From NCBI GenBank assembly GCA_051362555.1, contig CM120641.1, positions 62,001 to 126,000 of the forward strand: a stretch of 64,000 nt of DNA, in the 5' to 3' direction. Below, piece by piece: positions 1-14,127 of this stretch; the stretch's first letter is position 1, and every line of letters starts with the position of its first letter. Under the pieces are notes generated by a model. It was not told where the DNA came from, searched no databases, and saw only the letters and a list, made by a program, of their open reading frames with translations. A program made the position numbers and the translations under genes. Source of the DNA: Lingula anatina. Taxonomy: Eukaryota > Animalia > Brachiopoda.

Positions 1-3000
1 AATCTGAAAGACAATTTAGACCTTTCAGAGAGGATAGTAAAGCTCATTTTGAACGAATTCTCTGCTGTATTGGAAAACCTATAGGTGTGTTGAAAAAGGC
101 TTCGTTTAAAGAGGTGGTAGGTTAGATGTTTCTGGGATCTGTATTTCTTTACATGCAAATGATTAAGACGTTTGATACGTGGATCGTGTTTGTGTAATAG
201 GTTATCACTTTTGATGTCTGAGTTACTTTTAAACACCTCAATAAATTCTACGAAAAAAAAAAAAAACCCGAAAAAATATCTTATCAATATTTATTAAACT
301 CGTGTCCCGTATCTTTTCTATTGCTGTGGAACATACGTTACCTTACGGTATGCGAAGGATGCGAGGCGTAGTTGGCATTGTAACTAATACACCCAAAATT
401 TGAAACTGTCAATGAGTTTTAAATTCACGACGAATATGACCAGTGGTAGATAACTTTTAGGTAACAAAGTTTTCAATTCTCTATACAATTGACAATTACT
501 GCTATTGAAAGAGTCATCAACGTGGACATTGTAAAGAAAAATGATCTTTAGTTTGAAAGTAATTTTCCTAGAACTGGTCAATTTAAATGTATTTTCCTGT
601 CAGTTTTCCATTATTAATGACTCATAGGGTTATGATAGTGTTTAGCTTGCACAAATTTCCACAGCGCTCAACTAATAATCGTGTTTGTATCAGGCGATTC
701 AGTGGTAACATATGTTCTTTCTTACGCTTTTTTTACTTCAAACGGTTATCAATTTATTTGCTTACAAAACAGAAACGCGTGGGCGTAAAATTGGGACATT
801 TGTGGATTTTTGTTCTATACACGTGTAAGTTTTAAAAAATTGGATACTACATCGAATTCATTCAATTTCATTTTTTGAGACTTGAACTCATGAAATGCAC
901 CTCTATATTGGGTTTGGGTGTTAATAGTGTTTAGAGTTGGTACGCACAACGCATCTGTTTTAGAAAATGCCGCAGTTTTTCTGACTTTTTTCCAAGCCCG
1001 CGTGCTACAGACCAGCTGTGTTTGCGGTATCCATTGCCAGACACTTGTGCGCGTTTGCTTGCACGTGCGAGTGCGAGTGCGCGCGTTCTCATATTTTATT
1101 GTTTCTTTGCAATCCTGACTTATTCAGAATCCACTTCTCATCACGAATGAGAATTTTGGCAGGTAATAAAAGTTGCACACCTCAAAATAGTTTGCAAAAT
1201 GTATCTAAAAATATAAATATTTTTTCAGCTTTCTTTCAGGTTTGCAATGTTTAAACCACGAAGCGTAAAGAGGTCACTATGTGCGGGAAGCTAGGTTGGG
1301 TCATTTTACCTCAGTTGTGTTCATACACTTGTACTTTGAAGATATCAATAATGTGGGGAATCTATCTTCCTGTAGGATCGACATGTACTTTTATCATTGC
1401 GCATGTGTTATACCAGTGTTTAACTGCTCTATAATAGGTCTCGGTGGTCAGAATGGCTATTAAACTTGTGTACCATTTTCCTTTCATCTACTTGAAAGAT
1501 AGACATAACATGGACCACTTACGCACATTTAAAGGTTTTATGTGTAGTTTTCATACAAGTGCACTTCATCTAACCTTAATTCATTAAGTAACAGGGACAA
1601 TCTTAATTTCAGATTTATATGTGGAATCTAGGTCTGGCCATTTCTCTAGTAAGAATTCTGAAGCACAAGCTTAACCATCCACACAGGTAGGTTTCGGTGC
1701 ACATGCTCTGGCTACATCAGGTCTGAACTTTTCACTGCAGACATGGAGTTTAACTGAATAATATTCCTGACAGCTACACTGACCGGTAAGCTTTTGCACA
1801 ACATTAAAGTGCATTTTTCTTCTATCGCTCTTGGCTATTTAAACTAGGAAGACTTCCCCTTTCAATTATAATACGAGTGCCTATGTTATGAACCCCGTTC
1901 TTGGACTTCACAAAATGCCAGTTTATTGGCTGTAGCTTTGGCCGGTCCACCTGTCTGATATGGCCGGACCCGATAGCAATGGGCAATGAACCAGTCCATA
2001 CTGACAGCTGACTCTGACAAGTAAATGAAAATTCAAGAAAGAAAATCGCTGGTATACATCATCATAAGGTTAAATGCTAAATCAGTTTAAGGGACAAACT
2101 ATTGATGATTAATTCAGCAGAGAAAGTCCAATGGAAAGAACTTCCAAAATGTTCTTTCACTCTGAAAATTTGCATAATGCAACCGAATCAGAAAACCTAT
2201 CGAGATAGAGAGAGAGAGAGAGTGAATAATCGCCATGCCAAACACAACCTGACTATAGAAGCAACCATAGCGCAAATGTGTACTATTACTTAACTACATA
2301 ACTGCCCTGCTTCATAACTAACCGTCTCTCTCGTCAAAAATGACGCCTATCCTTTTTTATGATTAAAGAGATCCGTGTAAACTTTTGATCAGCAAGGCAT
2401 TAGCTAAAGGTTCTGACATTAACTCATAATCACTTTTGGTCTATAATACACTGCTGTAGAGGGCAGACGTGGGTATTTCTTGGGATTGTTTCAGACACCT
2501 TATTATTTATTTATTTATATACAGTTCCAGGAAATTATCTTCACAAACATGTACTGGAAGGCTAATGCCAAACTCCAGGTATTCAACAACAGACAGTAAA
2601 AAAAGAACGCTGTACGCGATGCAAACTCGATGTTGTTCTGTACTGAGGTCAACAGCTTGCAGTGTCCGATATCCCCTATCCCGCTCACCCCCTTCTTAGG
2701 GTCCTGCTTGGAATTTGTGTTTGGGTACACAGTTCAAAACTCAATTCAAAAATGAAAATTTAATTTCTTGTATACATACTCAGATTTTGTCAGAGAAAGC
2801 CAGAAAGATCTGTAAGTCACTTGCTGCATGTATTTACCAGTAAGCCATGTGTGCAACAGACACGTAATGTAATATGTGACGGCTGTGTTATTGTGAGGGA
2901 CATATAGTGTAGTATTGTGGCCTAGCACGTAAATAGATTTTACGTCCTTGTTGTGACAAGGGTCACAGTTAGACGGACGCGACAATGTGACGGGAGTATA

Positions 3001-3194
3001 CAGTCGCGTCACGGATGTGACAGCATTGCCGGCATGACAATGCAAGAGTTTCTGAACTACAAAGTGGGGCAGTTTTGCGTTATTCTTTTTGTATTTTACT
3101 ATTATTATTTTATTATTATTATTATTGTTTTTGGTGGGGGGGTAATGTTAATTCGAATGCATAACGTCCATCTGTAAGCCACATTGAGGGTTAA

Positions 3195-3281
3195 ATTAGA
3201 CGTACATCTTCAGTCAGTGATTAGACGTACATCTTCAGTCAGTGATTAGACGTACATCTTCAGTCAGTATTAGACGTACAT
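3195..3281. repeat. 25-bp tandem repeat, about 3.5 units
   Basis: attagacgtacatcttcagtcagtg. Confidence 0.93.
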
Positions 3282-5011
3282 ATTAATCGCATTACTCTCA
3301 AGACTCAGGGTTACGTTTAAACGCATTTCTGAGAACAGCATAAAAACCTGATGAAAATCCATACTTTCTTTCCGGTCAGCAAATGATGGAGAAACGTATC
3401 GGAAAATATTCATAAAACTTGCTCAGCACGCTCAGTAACACCTGTGTATTGATTCCCATATATACGGGGAGAGAACAAGCAAAACTGCGAATACTTCAAA
3501 AGATGAACACCAAGAACTCATCCGTAAATGCATTGTGTGTAACGTATTTATGGAACTGACCGTTACTATACGATACCTTATGACCAAATACCCCGGTCGG
3601 TCTTATTGATTTTTTATTTCTTAGCAAGTAGGAGTAACTATGCAAGTTATACTGCTATATGTATCACGACAGCATTGGGTGCTTACCGTATTTGTTCACC
3701 AACTGGAAAAAAAACGAATGCACATGTAATAAGACTTAGTTTACTTAATCTGCTGGATAGCAAAAAGCAGGACCGGTGATAATAACAACTTTTAATTTTT
3801 TCCTCAAATGACGTGCTTGCTGAACTTATGAATGAAATGAGAAAAAACAACAGGTATCGATTTCTGAAAAAATTAAGCAGGGATATTGAAAAGATCAAAT
3901 TAACTCCATCTGTAAGACTACCTACGGAGAAACATTTAAGTATATTTATCAGTAGATAGAGAATAAAAAGCAAAGTTCAAGAATTACCTGCTTTCGCAAG
4001 CAAGCTGTTGAGTGTTTCCAATACATTAGGTGAGGAAAACAGAAGAAAACACCGCAATAAGTTGATGCACTATGTTTTTGCAAAGTTCTAAACTACAAAC
4101 TGTATAAGCGACAGGCAGTGATATTTGTCTTTGCAGCTGGGTGAATGCAAATTACACCTCGGAGCTAGGCCAGTACACTGCAAATGTCAAATTGCAGCCT
4201 TGAGAACGGTATGACCTTAATAACGGCCTTGGACATAACTTTCTAGAAAAGAGCTGAAAAAATAGCTTTGAAAAGAAGTGATATTTGGATACCTTAAAAC
4301 CTGATACCACTCCTACCTGCTCGACATCGTGAATTATAGCGTATATACGGTGTACAATAACCTTACACTAACGGCTTATTGTGGATGATCCGACATACAA
4401 AAATGAATAATTCACCTTGATCTTCTCACTGTCACACTACCTCTTACAGTCTCGACATGTTGTAAACAAATAGGAGCCAAGACATTGTACAGTCCAGACA
4501 CTGTTGCAAGGAGACTTCGTGGATATTATCACGTCCTCAAATTAATTAGTTAAAATACTATATAATCAAAGGGTTGGATATAGGGCAGATGAGGCTGAAA
4601 TATTTCAGTTAGCTGCTCTAATATCTAAGAACTCGACAGATGACGATGTTTGGTGTGGCTCACCTTCCAAACCCAGCCCTGGGGCGGAGCCAGGATGATT
4701 TGAAGGGGGGGCGTTTTTTCTGGGGGGGATAGACAGGCCTCGGATACGAAGCCGACCCTCTCACCCCTTGTCGGTTCGGGGCCCGGTCGAATATATTTTG
4801 GTGTTTTGGAGGGCAAACGGTGCCATTTGGTACGGTTTAATACTATGCTTCAGTTAGTCAAAATTCTAATTTCAAGAGGGGAATACTAGTGTGATTTTCG
4901 AACTTAAATTTTAAATTGAGTGTAGGCGGCAGTGGATATTGAGCGTGTTTGGTAATCCTGTGGTATAGCCTACTAGTAGAACTGCACACTTCATCTAGAG
5001 CTGAACTTTAC

Positions 5012-5117
5012 CTCCTCAAGAAGTCCATGTGTTCTGTGTGTTTCAGCAGTCCTGTCTTCATCATTATACTCTGAAAGCATGGTCGATCTATAGCCCACAG
5101 CTTGCACATTGTTAGAG
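5012..5117 (-). CDS. PRKG1: cGMP-dependent protein kinase, common exon (end of cNMP-binding domain A)
   Basis: ttttgccag|CT...AG|gtaaag; 106 nt; (A)[34 protein letters not shown] matches the PKG-I KLWAIDR motif; phase 1 joins the previous exon. Not in the ORF track. Confidence 0.95.
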
Positions 5118-5758
5118 CTGGCAAAAAATAAAAAATATGTCTATTCAACCTAGGCATATATATTACATATTCATTTTTTGACGAATAATAGCAAATACAA
5201 GTCTAGGAAATTGTATTAAAATTGATTGAAAATTATGCTAAGGGAGATTTTGTTGACTAAGATAACACCGACAAGCATTTTTCTTTGTGAAACGGGGGGA
5301 ATTATCACATCCCAATACTATTAGTCAATAAATAAAACAAAAACAAACAAAACAAAATAAAAATATTGGATAATAAAGTAGAAGAGGTATAAGCTGAAGC
5401 TTTTCCAATTATTTTCATTTAAAGGTTATTCAGTTTTCATTCCATTCTTTTAGCACAAAATGATACTGAACTACTTCCGTTTTCTGTTAAAACATAACAG
5501 GTATTCATATGTATTATGTTGTTAAATCATGTCATTATGCATTAATGTGCTCAATGAAAATACGAAATACATATATCATATGATAACGAAGCAGTTGAAT
5601 GAAGAAAGAGCGTAAAAATTAACTAGGAATTGTATGTGTCACATATGGCGAACAGCTGCTCGACCTCGGAGCAAAACGGGCAGAAAACAGAACCAGCCAT
5701 GTTCCTTTTGCCATGACGTCATCTCCATATTAAACCTGCCAACTTGCCCCGTTCTCAC

Positions 5759-5872
5759 CTTTCACACTAGCAGTCCGTGTGCAGTTATATAAGATCGCCA
5801 ACTCCCCAAATATTTTTGCAGGGCCCATCGTACATAGTTTCTGGCCTTCTTTCGTAACTTCCACCTTGCCAT
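5759..5872 (-). CDS. PRKG1: cGMP-dependent protein kinase, common exon (phosphate-binding cassette of cNMP domain A)
   Basis: tattacag|AT...G|gtgaga; 114 nt; [38 protein letters not shown] contains FGELA..RTA with the cGMP-selective Thr. Confidence 0.97.
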
Positions 5873-6798
5873 CTGTAATAATGAAATATATTTGTAAAGT
5901 ATACAATGAGTCAGGCAGATCCACTTGCTACGGGGCTGAATGTAATCGCGCGTTTAATGGAACACAAAGTCATATTGGAAGCACAGTTTATCAATAATTG
6001 AAGATAAAACTGGGTTTAGTTGTACATTTCGGTGATCGATAGGATGTCTGCATCGTTTCTTATTATGTTAATTGTCAAAGTTTCACACGAAATCAAATTT
6101 CCTGCCCACACATTGTGCAAGGTAAAAAAAATGGTATACGTTAGGGGGAGACGAAGGTAGACGAATGTGTTAGGTGAGATATCATCCTCTCCAATAAAGA
6201 TTGCGACGGGAAACTAATAGGATTGTGTTAGTTGTGTAAAGGATTGTGTTTGGATACGCGTGTTGTGGTTTGAACCGGATGAAGTGATGCGGCATCCCGG
6301 ACCGTTACCACAGTGACAATGATTAAACATTACAGATTGTTATTTTCATGGAAATTAAATCATCCAGGCTCATCGTACATAAAATTCTCGTAACTGAGGA
6401 TTTTCACTCGAAACCTTTAAAATATAAATAAGGAACGACAGAGTCTTACACGCAAAGTGTGTCTATAAAGGTATATTGTCCGGAATTTTTGGCTAAATCG
6501 AACTTTCCATGAATAAAGTTATTTTCATAACTTGATCCGTCCCTTTCCTTGGATTTAATGTTTCAGGATCTAAGCTTTTCAAACCATAATTTGATTCTAA
6601 ATGTTTTAGTGGTGTTAAGAATGCATTGTCTTCGTGTACACTTCAAAAGGAATATCGACATCAGGTACATAATTTCAGGAGTTTAACTTTTTCTAAGGCC
6701 TAGAATGGGAAAGCAGGATATATAAACATAGAAAATGGGACTTTGAGGCGGACCGTCTTGTTAACTATCACCAGCGTCACTTTTCAAGAGCAGGCTAG

Positions 6799-9448
6799 TA
6801 GTCCGGTTGCTTAGGGCAAAAAAATGGCCAAATCGTGACACAGCGGATAAAAGCACCAAATTTTGCATGTGGGTACCTTTTGACATACTAAATCAAATTA
6901 GAGCCGTAGCCCACGGAAAAAATTTACCGTTTGGCCAAAAAATCCAAAATGGCCGCCAATTTGTGAAATTTTGTAGAAATATATACATATCTATGTTGAT
7001 TTTTATCAAATTAAGTATTTTCTCAATGTTTTCCACATCCTTATTACCCATATTATGCATATGTGTCAGATAACAAACTAGTGTCCTTGGACTTATTGAA
7101 AAATCCAAGATGGCCGCCGTATGGCATAGGAATACTAGAACATGTACAAGGGTTTTCAACTAACTAATGCCAACTAGGAAGATGCATTGCCCACTATCTA
7201 ATTAATTTTGTTTCTTATTACACAAATAATATATTTGTGGGGAGTAACTAACCTTTATTCACAGGCAATTCGAGAAAAATCCAAGATGGCCCCCATATCA
7301 AAGGAATACTAGTATACACATAGGGCTTCTTCTGCCATGGAGATATAATATTAATTGATAAATTAGGTTTGTTTCTGAGTATTTTCCACATCTTTTTAAT
7401 TAACGTAATACATATGTGATGAGAATGTTATGTGTATCCTTTTTGAAAACAAAACAAAACAAAATGGCTGCCATTAGCCGTAGAAGATGGGGTTCAGTTA
7501 ATACCTGTGAGAGATAGGCTTACAAATAAAATGAAGCTGAATTCAGTTGTTATTCTTTTTTTTTTAGTATTATTATCCCATGACACATATCTGTTAGGTA
7601 ATTAATGTCCATATTTTATCATTTTGGGGAAATCCAAGATGGCCTTCTTTTCCTCATAGGAAAACTGGTGCATTAGATTTTATAGGCACTTCTAAGGCAA
7701 ATGAGGGTAATCATGATATTTTTTCAAAATACTTAAGGGTATACACTTGTTACCCACCAGATAGATATCTAAAAGTCCAAAAAGAATGTGGGAAATACCG
7801 AGAAACAAAATTCATTTTATATTGAACCCAATGTTTCTCTGGCAGTAGTTGACTGTACTATTCCTATTGTGAATTGCAGCAATCTTGAATTTTCTCAAAT
7901 ATGCAAGATGCACACTTGCTACACACCAGATTTATAAAGAGTAAGGTTAATAAGGATGTCAACATGTTTAAACATCAAACGGCTTTATTTGAACTGTTCT
8001 ATTAATTGACACCTATGTGCATTTGAATGATATATTCCTATGACAACTGGCAGCTATCTTGGGTTTTCTCCGAATAATACTCAAGGATATATACACTTTC
8101 AAAACACACATAGTCTTTCATAGGATATGAAAAACATTTAAAAACGACCCAAAGTTAACTACATTTAAATCGTACTCGGTGTATCTCTAGCATTATTTGA
8201 TTATGTGTTCGAATATTCTAATGACAAAAGGCAGACATCTTGAATTTTTTCAGAATACCCAAAGATACACACATGCTACAGACCAGGTATACATCATAGG
8301 GGTAATAATAAATGGAATGAAAACCATAAATTATTTTTAAAACAAACCCATGGAAATGTAATTGTATAATGAACCATATGCCTCTCTAGCAGCAATTGAA
8401 ACCCACCCATTAGTATTCCTATGTTAAATTGTAGGTATCTTTTTCTCAGATCCAAGGATACACAGTATTTACCCACCAGATATATATCATAGGACTAATA
8501 AGGATGGGCAAAACTTGATAAGCAAAAACAAATTCACCCTGGTAGTAGATGAAAAGCCATGGATGTGCAGTTGTAATTCCAGTAGTATTCCTATGGCCAG
8601 TGACGGCCATCTTGGGTTTTCTCAAAATGATCAAATATGCACATTTATTACCTGCTAGATATGTATCACAGTGTAATAATAATGTGTAAAACACTAAAAA
8701 AATAAACTGAATTTGATATTGAATTAGCTGGCATTAGTTCCAACCCTTTGTAATACTAGAAGTATTCCTATTACATATGACGGCCATCTTGGATTTTCTC
8801 AAAATGCCCAAGAATACTGTTAGTTACTAACCACATACATATTGTTTGGGTAGAAAGGATGTGGAAAACACTCAGATACCAGCTTAATTTGATAGTGAAA
8901 AACTAATCTTTCCAGTTGCCATTAGTTGAATTCCCCGTATACTAGAATTCCTGTGGCACATGGCAGCCATCTTGGATTTTCCAAAATGCCCAAGAACACT
9001 TCGTAGTTACTCACCACAAACATATTATGTGGGTAACAAAGATCTGAGAAACAGACTTAATTTGATAGTGGACAACGTATCGTTCTAGCTGGTAATAGTT
9101 GTGCACTAGTATTCCTATGGCTGTTTCTATGGCAAATGACAGCCATCTTGGATTTTTTCAAAAAGTCCAAGGGAACTTGTTTGCTATCTGACATATATGA
9201 ATAAAATGGGTAATAAGGGTGTGGAAAACTCTGAGAAAATAATTTATTTGATAAAAATCAACATAGGTATGTACATATTTCTAAAGAATTCAATAAATTG
9301 GCGGCCATTTTGGATTTTTTGGCCAAACGGTAAATTTTTTCCGTGGGCTACGGCTCTAATTTGATTTAGAATGTCAAAAGGTACCCACATGCAAAATTTG
9401 GTGCTTTTATCCGCCGTGTCACGATTTTTTCCTTAAGCCACCGGACTA
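6799..9448. mobile_element. Non-autonomous long-TIR DNA transposon, Academ-like
   Basis: TAGTCCGG...CCGGACTA termini; about 350-bp TIRs; 3-bp TSD TAG (6796-6798, 9449-9451); internal aaaatccaagatggc motifs mirror-oriented; no transposase ORF. Superfamily inferred from termini and TSD. Confidence 0.85.
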
Positions 9449-10181
9449 TAGTTCCCATTAGTTGACATGTTTTCTGAGAGAATGTGAAGCTTGCCCAAAT
9501 CACCATTTTTGCAATGTAAAAAGAAAATTTGTAGAGAAAGATGTATTGCGACAGGTAACTCGTGTTGAATCGTTTTACGCATGTATTACCAAAAACAAAT
9601 CTGCCACGAATAACTGACTTCCGGTGATAAATCGGGAAAACGTTATCACGTGACGTACTGCTGAGCCAGTAACGAGCATTCAGGCGTCATTTTGAGCTTG
9701 GGTCATGATTTTTCCTGGTGAGTCAGCTATAAGAAGACTACATAGGCATACATGCACGATCTACGTGACATTAAAATTCACGCTGCACATTGGGGAGGGA
9801 CTATAAGAAGACTAAATAGGCATACATGCACGGCCTACTATACGTGACGTTAAAGATCACGTTGCATATTGGGGAGGGACTTTCCAAATAAAAGGTGCAA
9901 CATGAATTTTCCACAAACGCAGTTTACAACGCATAACAAACTGTGAACAGAAATAATTTTTAAAAGGTGCACGGTGTAGGATTTCCAGGCGAAAAACTAA
10001 CAATCGAATTGCCCTTAAGTAAACTGTATTTTCTCCAACCAACCCCCATTTCTGATATTCGCCGTAACATTGTCACAATATGGAAAATTAAAAAATCCTG
10101 AACAAACGTATAAGGGTTGACTTTTCGAATTCTGCCATCGCTTCAATCTGAATTCTTGCCCTAATTTGCGGATTCCAAGCG

Positions 10182-10289
10182 ATTTAAAACTGCCGAGATA
10201 GTAGGTAGGCTGCGAGGTTCTTCTGTAGGTCTAATTTAAAACTGCCGAGATAGTAGGTAGGCTGCGAGGTTCTTCTGTAGGTCTAATTT
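10182..10289. repeat. 52-bp tandem duplication
   Basis: atttaaaactgccgagatagtaggtaggctgcgaggttcttctgtaggtcta x2. Confidence 0.95.
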
Positions 10290-10369
10290 GATTATTTTTG
10301 CGTCTTTAATTAATGGCATTTATCTGTTAAAATGTGACATAAAAATATTATTATAGGTTTATATCCCTA

Positions 10370-10465
<96 letters not shown>

Positions 10466-10480
10466 CTAACCCATCCTTAC

Positions 10481-10647
10481 CTTCCATACAATACACAAGT
10501 GAGCCGACATCTCCCTCCTTGATAATCAGGCTGTCTTTACTGTACTCTACTGGGTACATACAGTCCACTATTTCTTTGATTTGGGACAGGTCAAGATTCT
10601 TCATAAAATCATTGTCTAAAATGGCTTGTTTGATTAGCTCCTTCGAA
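10481..10647 (-). CDS. PRKG1: cGMP-dependent protein kinase, first common exon
   Basis: attttcag|T...G|gtaagg; 167 nt; [55 protein letters not shown]; the phase-2 acceptor fits both alternative first exons. Confidence 0.97.
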
Positions 10648-11465
10648 CTGAAAATGATATAAAAGAAGAAAAGTACACTTTAATCAAAGTACCAATTTAA
10701 TGAATGTGAGAAGTACATGTATGTTCTAATACGGAGGCATTGCATATAATATTGCATATACAAAAGTCATAATGGCACATCTACCTTAATCCATATTTTC
10801 AAGTCTAGTGAACAACATTAAAGTTTACCCATGATTGGGTTTTTAACATCTCGATTGACCTTTCGTGTCAACGGCAACATTCCTACCCTCAAGCACGTCA
10901 GTCAAATCTAGATTTAAAAGTAAGCCTTTTTCAAATATCTCTTCAATAATGGTGTTACTTTCCTAAGAAAAATCGCGTGAGAGCGCTGTCAGAGACTGAT
11001 AAAGAGCAGAAAAGGGGCCGGTGAACTGTTGTCATTTAACACATTCGTTTGTAAAATGTTTAGATCCTTACTCAGGAAACCGCGTTAACACTTGCCCCCA
11101 AAGATCCCCCCTTTTCATGCGTTTTCTCTTTTAGGTGGTTAACCAGAACATCCCAAGACACCCATCAGCCTTAGCTGTTTTAATAATACGGAGACAATTC
11201 CTAGACTCAGTTTCTTTCACTGAAACTGCTCCTGTGCAATCACTCAATGTGAGGCCTGTGAGTTCTAGTCTCTGAGTTCTAGTCTCTGAGTTCTAGTCTC
11301 TGAAAGTTCATCATATTTCAATGGCTATAATTAACCCCAAACAATACAGCAGAGGAGTAGAGTCACAAGCATCATTTCTTAGAAGTTATAATTAATATAA
11401 AATAAAAACCGGCCACAAAGCACGTGTAAACCGCCAATACACATAATAACCTAGTCGCAGGACCC

Positions 11466-13122
11466 CGGGAACCTCCCGTACCACTTACTGTCACTTAAGT
11501 CTGGGAACTTCCCGTACCACTTACTGTCACTTAAGTCTGGGAACTTCCCGTACCACCTACTGTCACTTAACTCTGGGAACCTACCGTACCACTTACTGTC
11601 ACTTAACTCTGGGAACCTACCGTACCACATTCTGTCACTTAACTCTGGGAACCTACCGTACCACTTACTGTCACTTAACTCTGGGAACCTACCGTACCAC
11701 TTACTGTCACTTAACTCTGGGAACCTACCGTACCACTTACTGTCACTTAACTCTGGGAACCTACCGTACCACTTACTGTCACTTTACTCTGGGAACCTAC
11801 CGTACCACTTACTGTCACTTAACTCTGGGAACCTACCGTACCACTTACTGTCACTCAAGTCTGGGAATCTCCCGTACCACCTACTGTCACTTAACTCTGG
11901 GAACCTCCCGTACTACCTACTGTCACTTACCTCTGGGAACCTCCCGTACCACTTACTGTCACTTAACTCTGGGAACCTCCCGTACTACCTACTGTCACTT
12001 AACACTGGGAACCTACCGTACCACCTACTGTCACTTAACTCTGGGAACCTACCGTACCACATTCTGTCACTTAACTCTGGGAACCTACCGTACCACATTC
12101 TGTCACTTAACTCTGGGAACCTACCGTACCACATTCTGTCACTTAACTCTGGGAACCTACCGTACTACTTCCTGTCACTTAACTCTGGGAACCTACCGTA
12201 CCACTTACTGTCACTTAACTCTGGGAACCTCCCGTACCACATTCTGTCACTTAACTCTGGGAACCTACCGTACTACTTCCTGTCACTTAACTCTGGGAAC
12301 CTACCGTACCACTTACTGTCACTTTACTCTGGGAACCTACCGTACCACTTACTGTCACTTAACTCTGGGAACCTACCGTACCACTTACTGTCACTCAAGT
12401 CTGGGAATCTCCCGTACCACCTACTGTCACTTAACTCTGGGAACCTCCCGTACTACCTACTGTCACTTACCTCTGGGAACCTCCCGTACCACTTACTGTC
12501 ACTTAACTCTGGGAACCTCCCGTACTACCTACTGTCACTTAACACTGGGAACCTACCGTACCACCTACTGTCACTTAACTCTGGGAACCTACCGTACCAC
12601 ATTCTGTCACTTAACTCTGGGAACCTACCGTACCACATTCTGTCACTTAACTCTGGGAACCTACCGTACCACATTCTGTCACTTAACTCTGGGAACCTAC
12701 CGTACTACTTCCTGTCACTTAACTCTGGGAACCTACCGTACCACTTACTGTCACTTAACTCTGGGAACCTCCCGTACCACCTACTGTCACTTAACTCTGG
12801 GAACCTACCGTACCACATTCTGTCACTTAACTCTGGGAACCTACCGTACCACATTCTGTCACTTAACTCTGGGAACCTACCGTACCACATTCTGTCACTT
12901 AACTCTGGGAACCTACCGTACTACTTCCTGTCACTTAACTCTGGGAACCTCCCGTACCACATTCTGTCACTTAACTCCGGGAACCTACCGTACCACATTC
13001 TGTCACTTAACTCTGGGAACCTACCGTACCACATTCTGTCACTTAACTCTGGGAACCTCCCGTACCACTTACTGTCACTTAACACTGGGAACCTACCGTA
13101 CCACTTACTGTCACTTAACTCT
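11466..13122. repeat. 36-bp minisatellite, about 46 units
   Basis: Unit ctctgggaacctaccgtaccacttactgtcacttaa with variants; 540-bp higher-order duplication inside. Confidence 0.98.
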
Positions 13123-14071
13123 TAACAAAAAAACAAGCTCTTTCGAGAAAAACAGGGACTAACTTTGAATGTAGTAACCATTGGTAAGTATGGGGAAATT
13201 GGCATTTACCCCGGGAAATTCATTTTTTGGCCAAAATGAACAGTTGTTATCCTTTTAAGTATGGTTTGAGTATATCACTAAAATCGGGCAAATTTTAGTT
13301 GCAAACGTATTATAAATATTTTTCTAATTCGCCCTTCGTGATTATTGCATATCTTATGAATTAAGTAATGCAGGTATGGCAAAATATGTTTTGCAGTCAG
13401 TAACGAAACCCTGGTTGTATTTAGTGTATCACTGATGGGTAGTTAACCATCTACAGCCCTTCTTTCTGAGCACTGTATGGTTAATATTGGAACAAAGTTG
13501 CATGTATATTGTGTATATAATTATAAATGCACTTGATCGTCGCTTCAGTGCTATCTGTCTACAATGAAACGTTTTTTACAGAGCACTTTATGCAAGGGTA
13601 AATGTTGTAACAAGGTTGCACTTTATTGTCGGCTCGCATTAATCAATTTCAGCGATCTTCATTCTGGTTGGGGGAAACTGATGCCTTAATTCTCGTAAAG
13701 TTCATGCTTTTAGGCGTAACGATAATTGGCAAAGCTACATCAGAATTGGCAAAATGGAATCCGTGCTTCCCGGACCGAAAACACATGCCAGCGTTAAATC
13801 CATCTTAGTTAGTTTTTATCCATGAGAGCTGAAAAAGTGAATATAAATCTCGATCACACCTGACCTGCGCACTTGGTGCTTTGACGGCATAAAACATGTG
13901 AACCCAATTATTTGGATTTAAGTATTGAAATGCGTAGACAAGGTGAAATTAGTCATAACACCCTTGAAACGTGCCCTTAAAAGGCCGAAAGAAAGAGATA
14001 CGGGTTGGGCGGGTAGAGAGGGAAAAAGTAGCAGTAGAGAAAGAGATAGGGGTTGGGCGGCTAGAGAGGAA

Positions 14072-14074
<3 letters not shown>

Positions 14075-14127
<53 letters not shown>
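14075..14127. repeat. (AGT)n microsatellite
   Basis: Direct reading. Confidence 0.97.

Noticed and set aside
1-20. Minus-strand acceptor-like ttgtctttcag|att at the window edge as the next PKG exon
   Set aside because: Joining gives AGA-TTx rather than the expected Ser-Val-Pro, and only 3 nt are visible.
11466-13122. CRISPR-like 36-bp repeats and ORF 12705-12890
   Set aside because: Units are contiguous with no spacers, no cas genes, eukaryotic intron; the ORF is a product of the 36-bp period.
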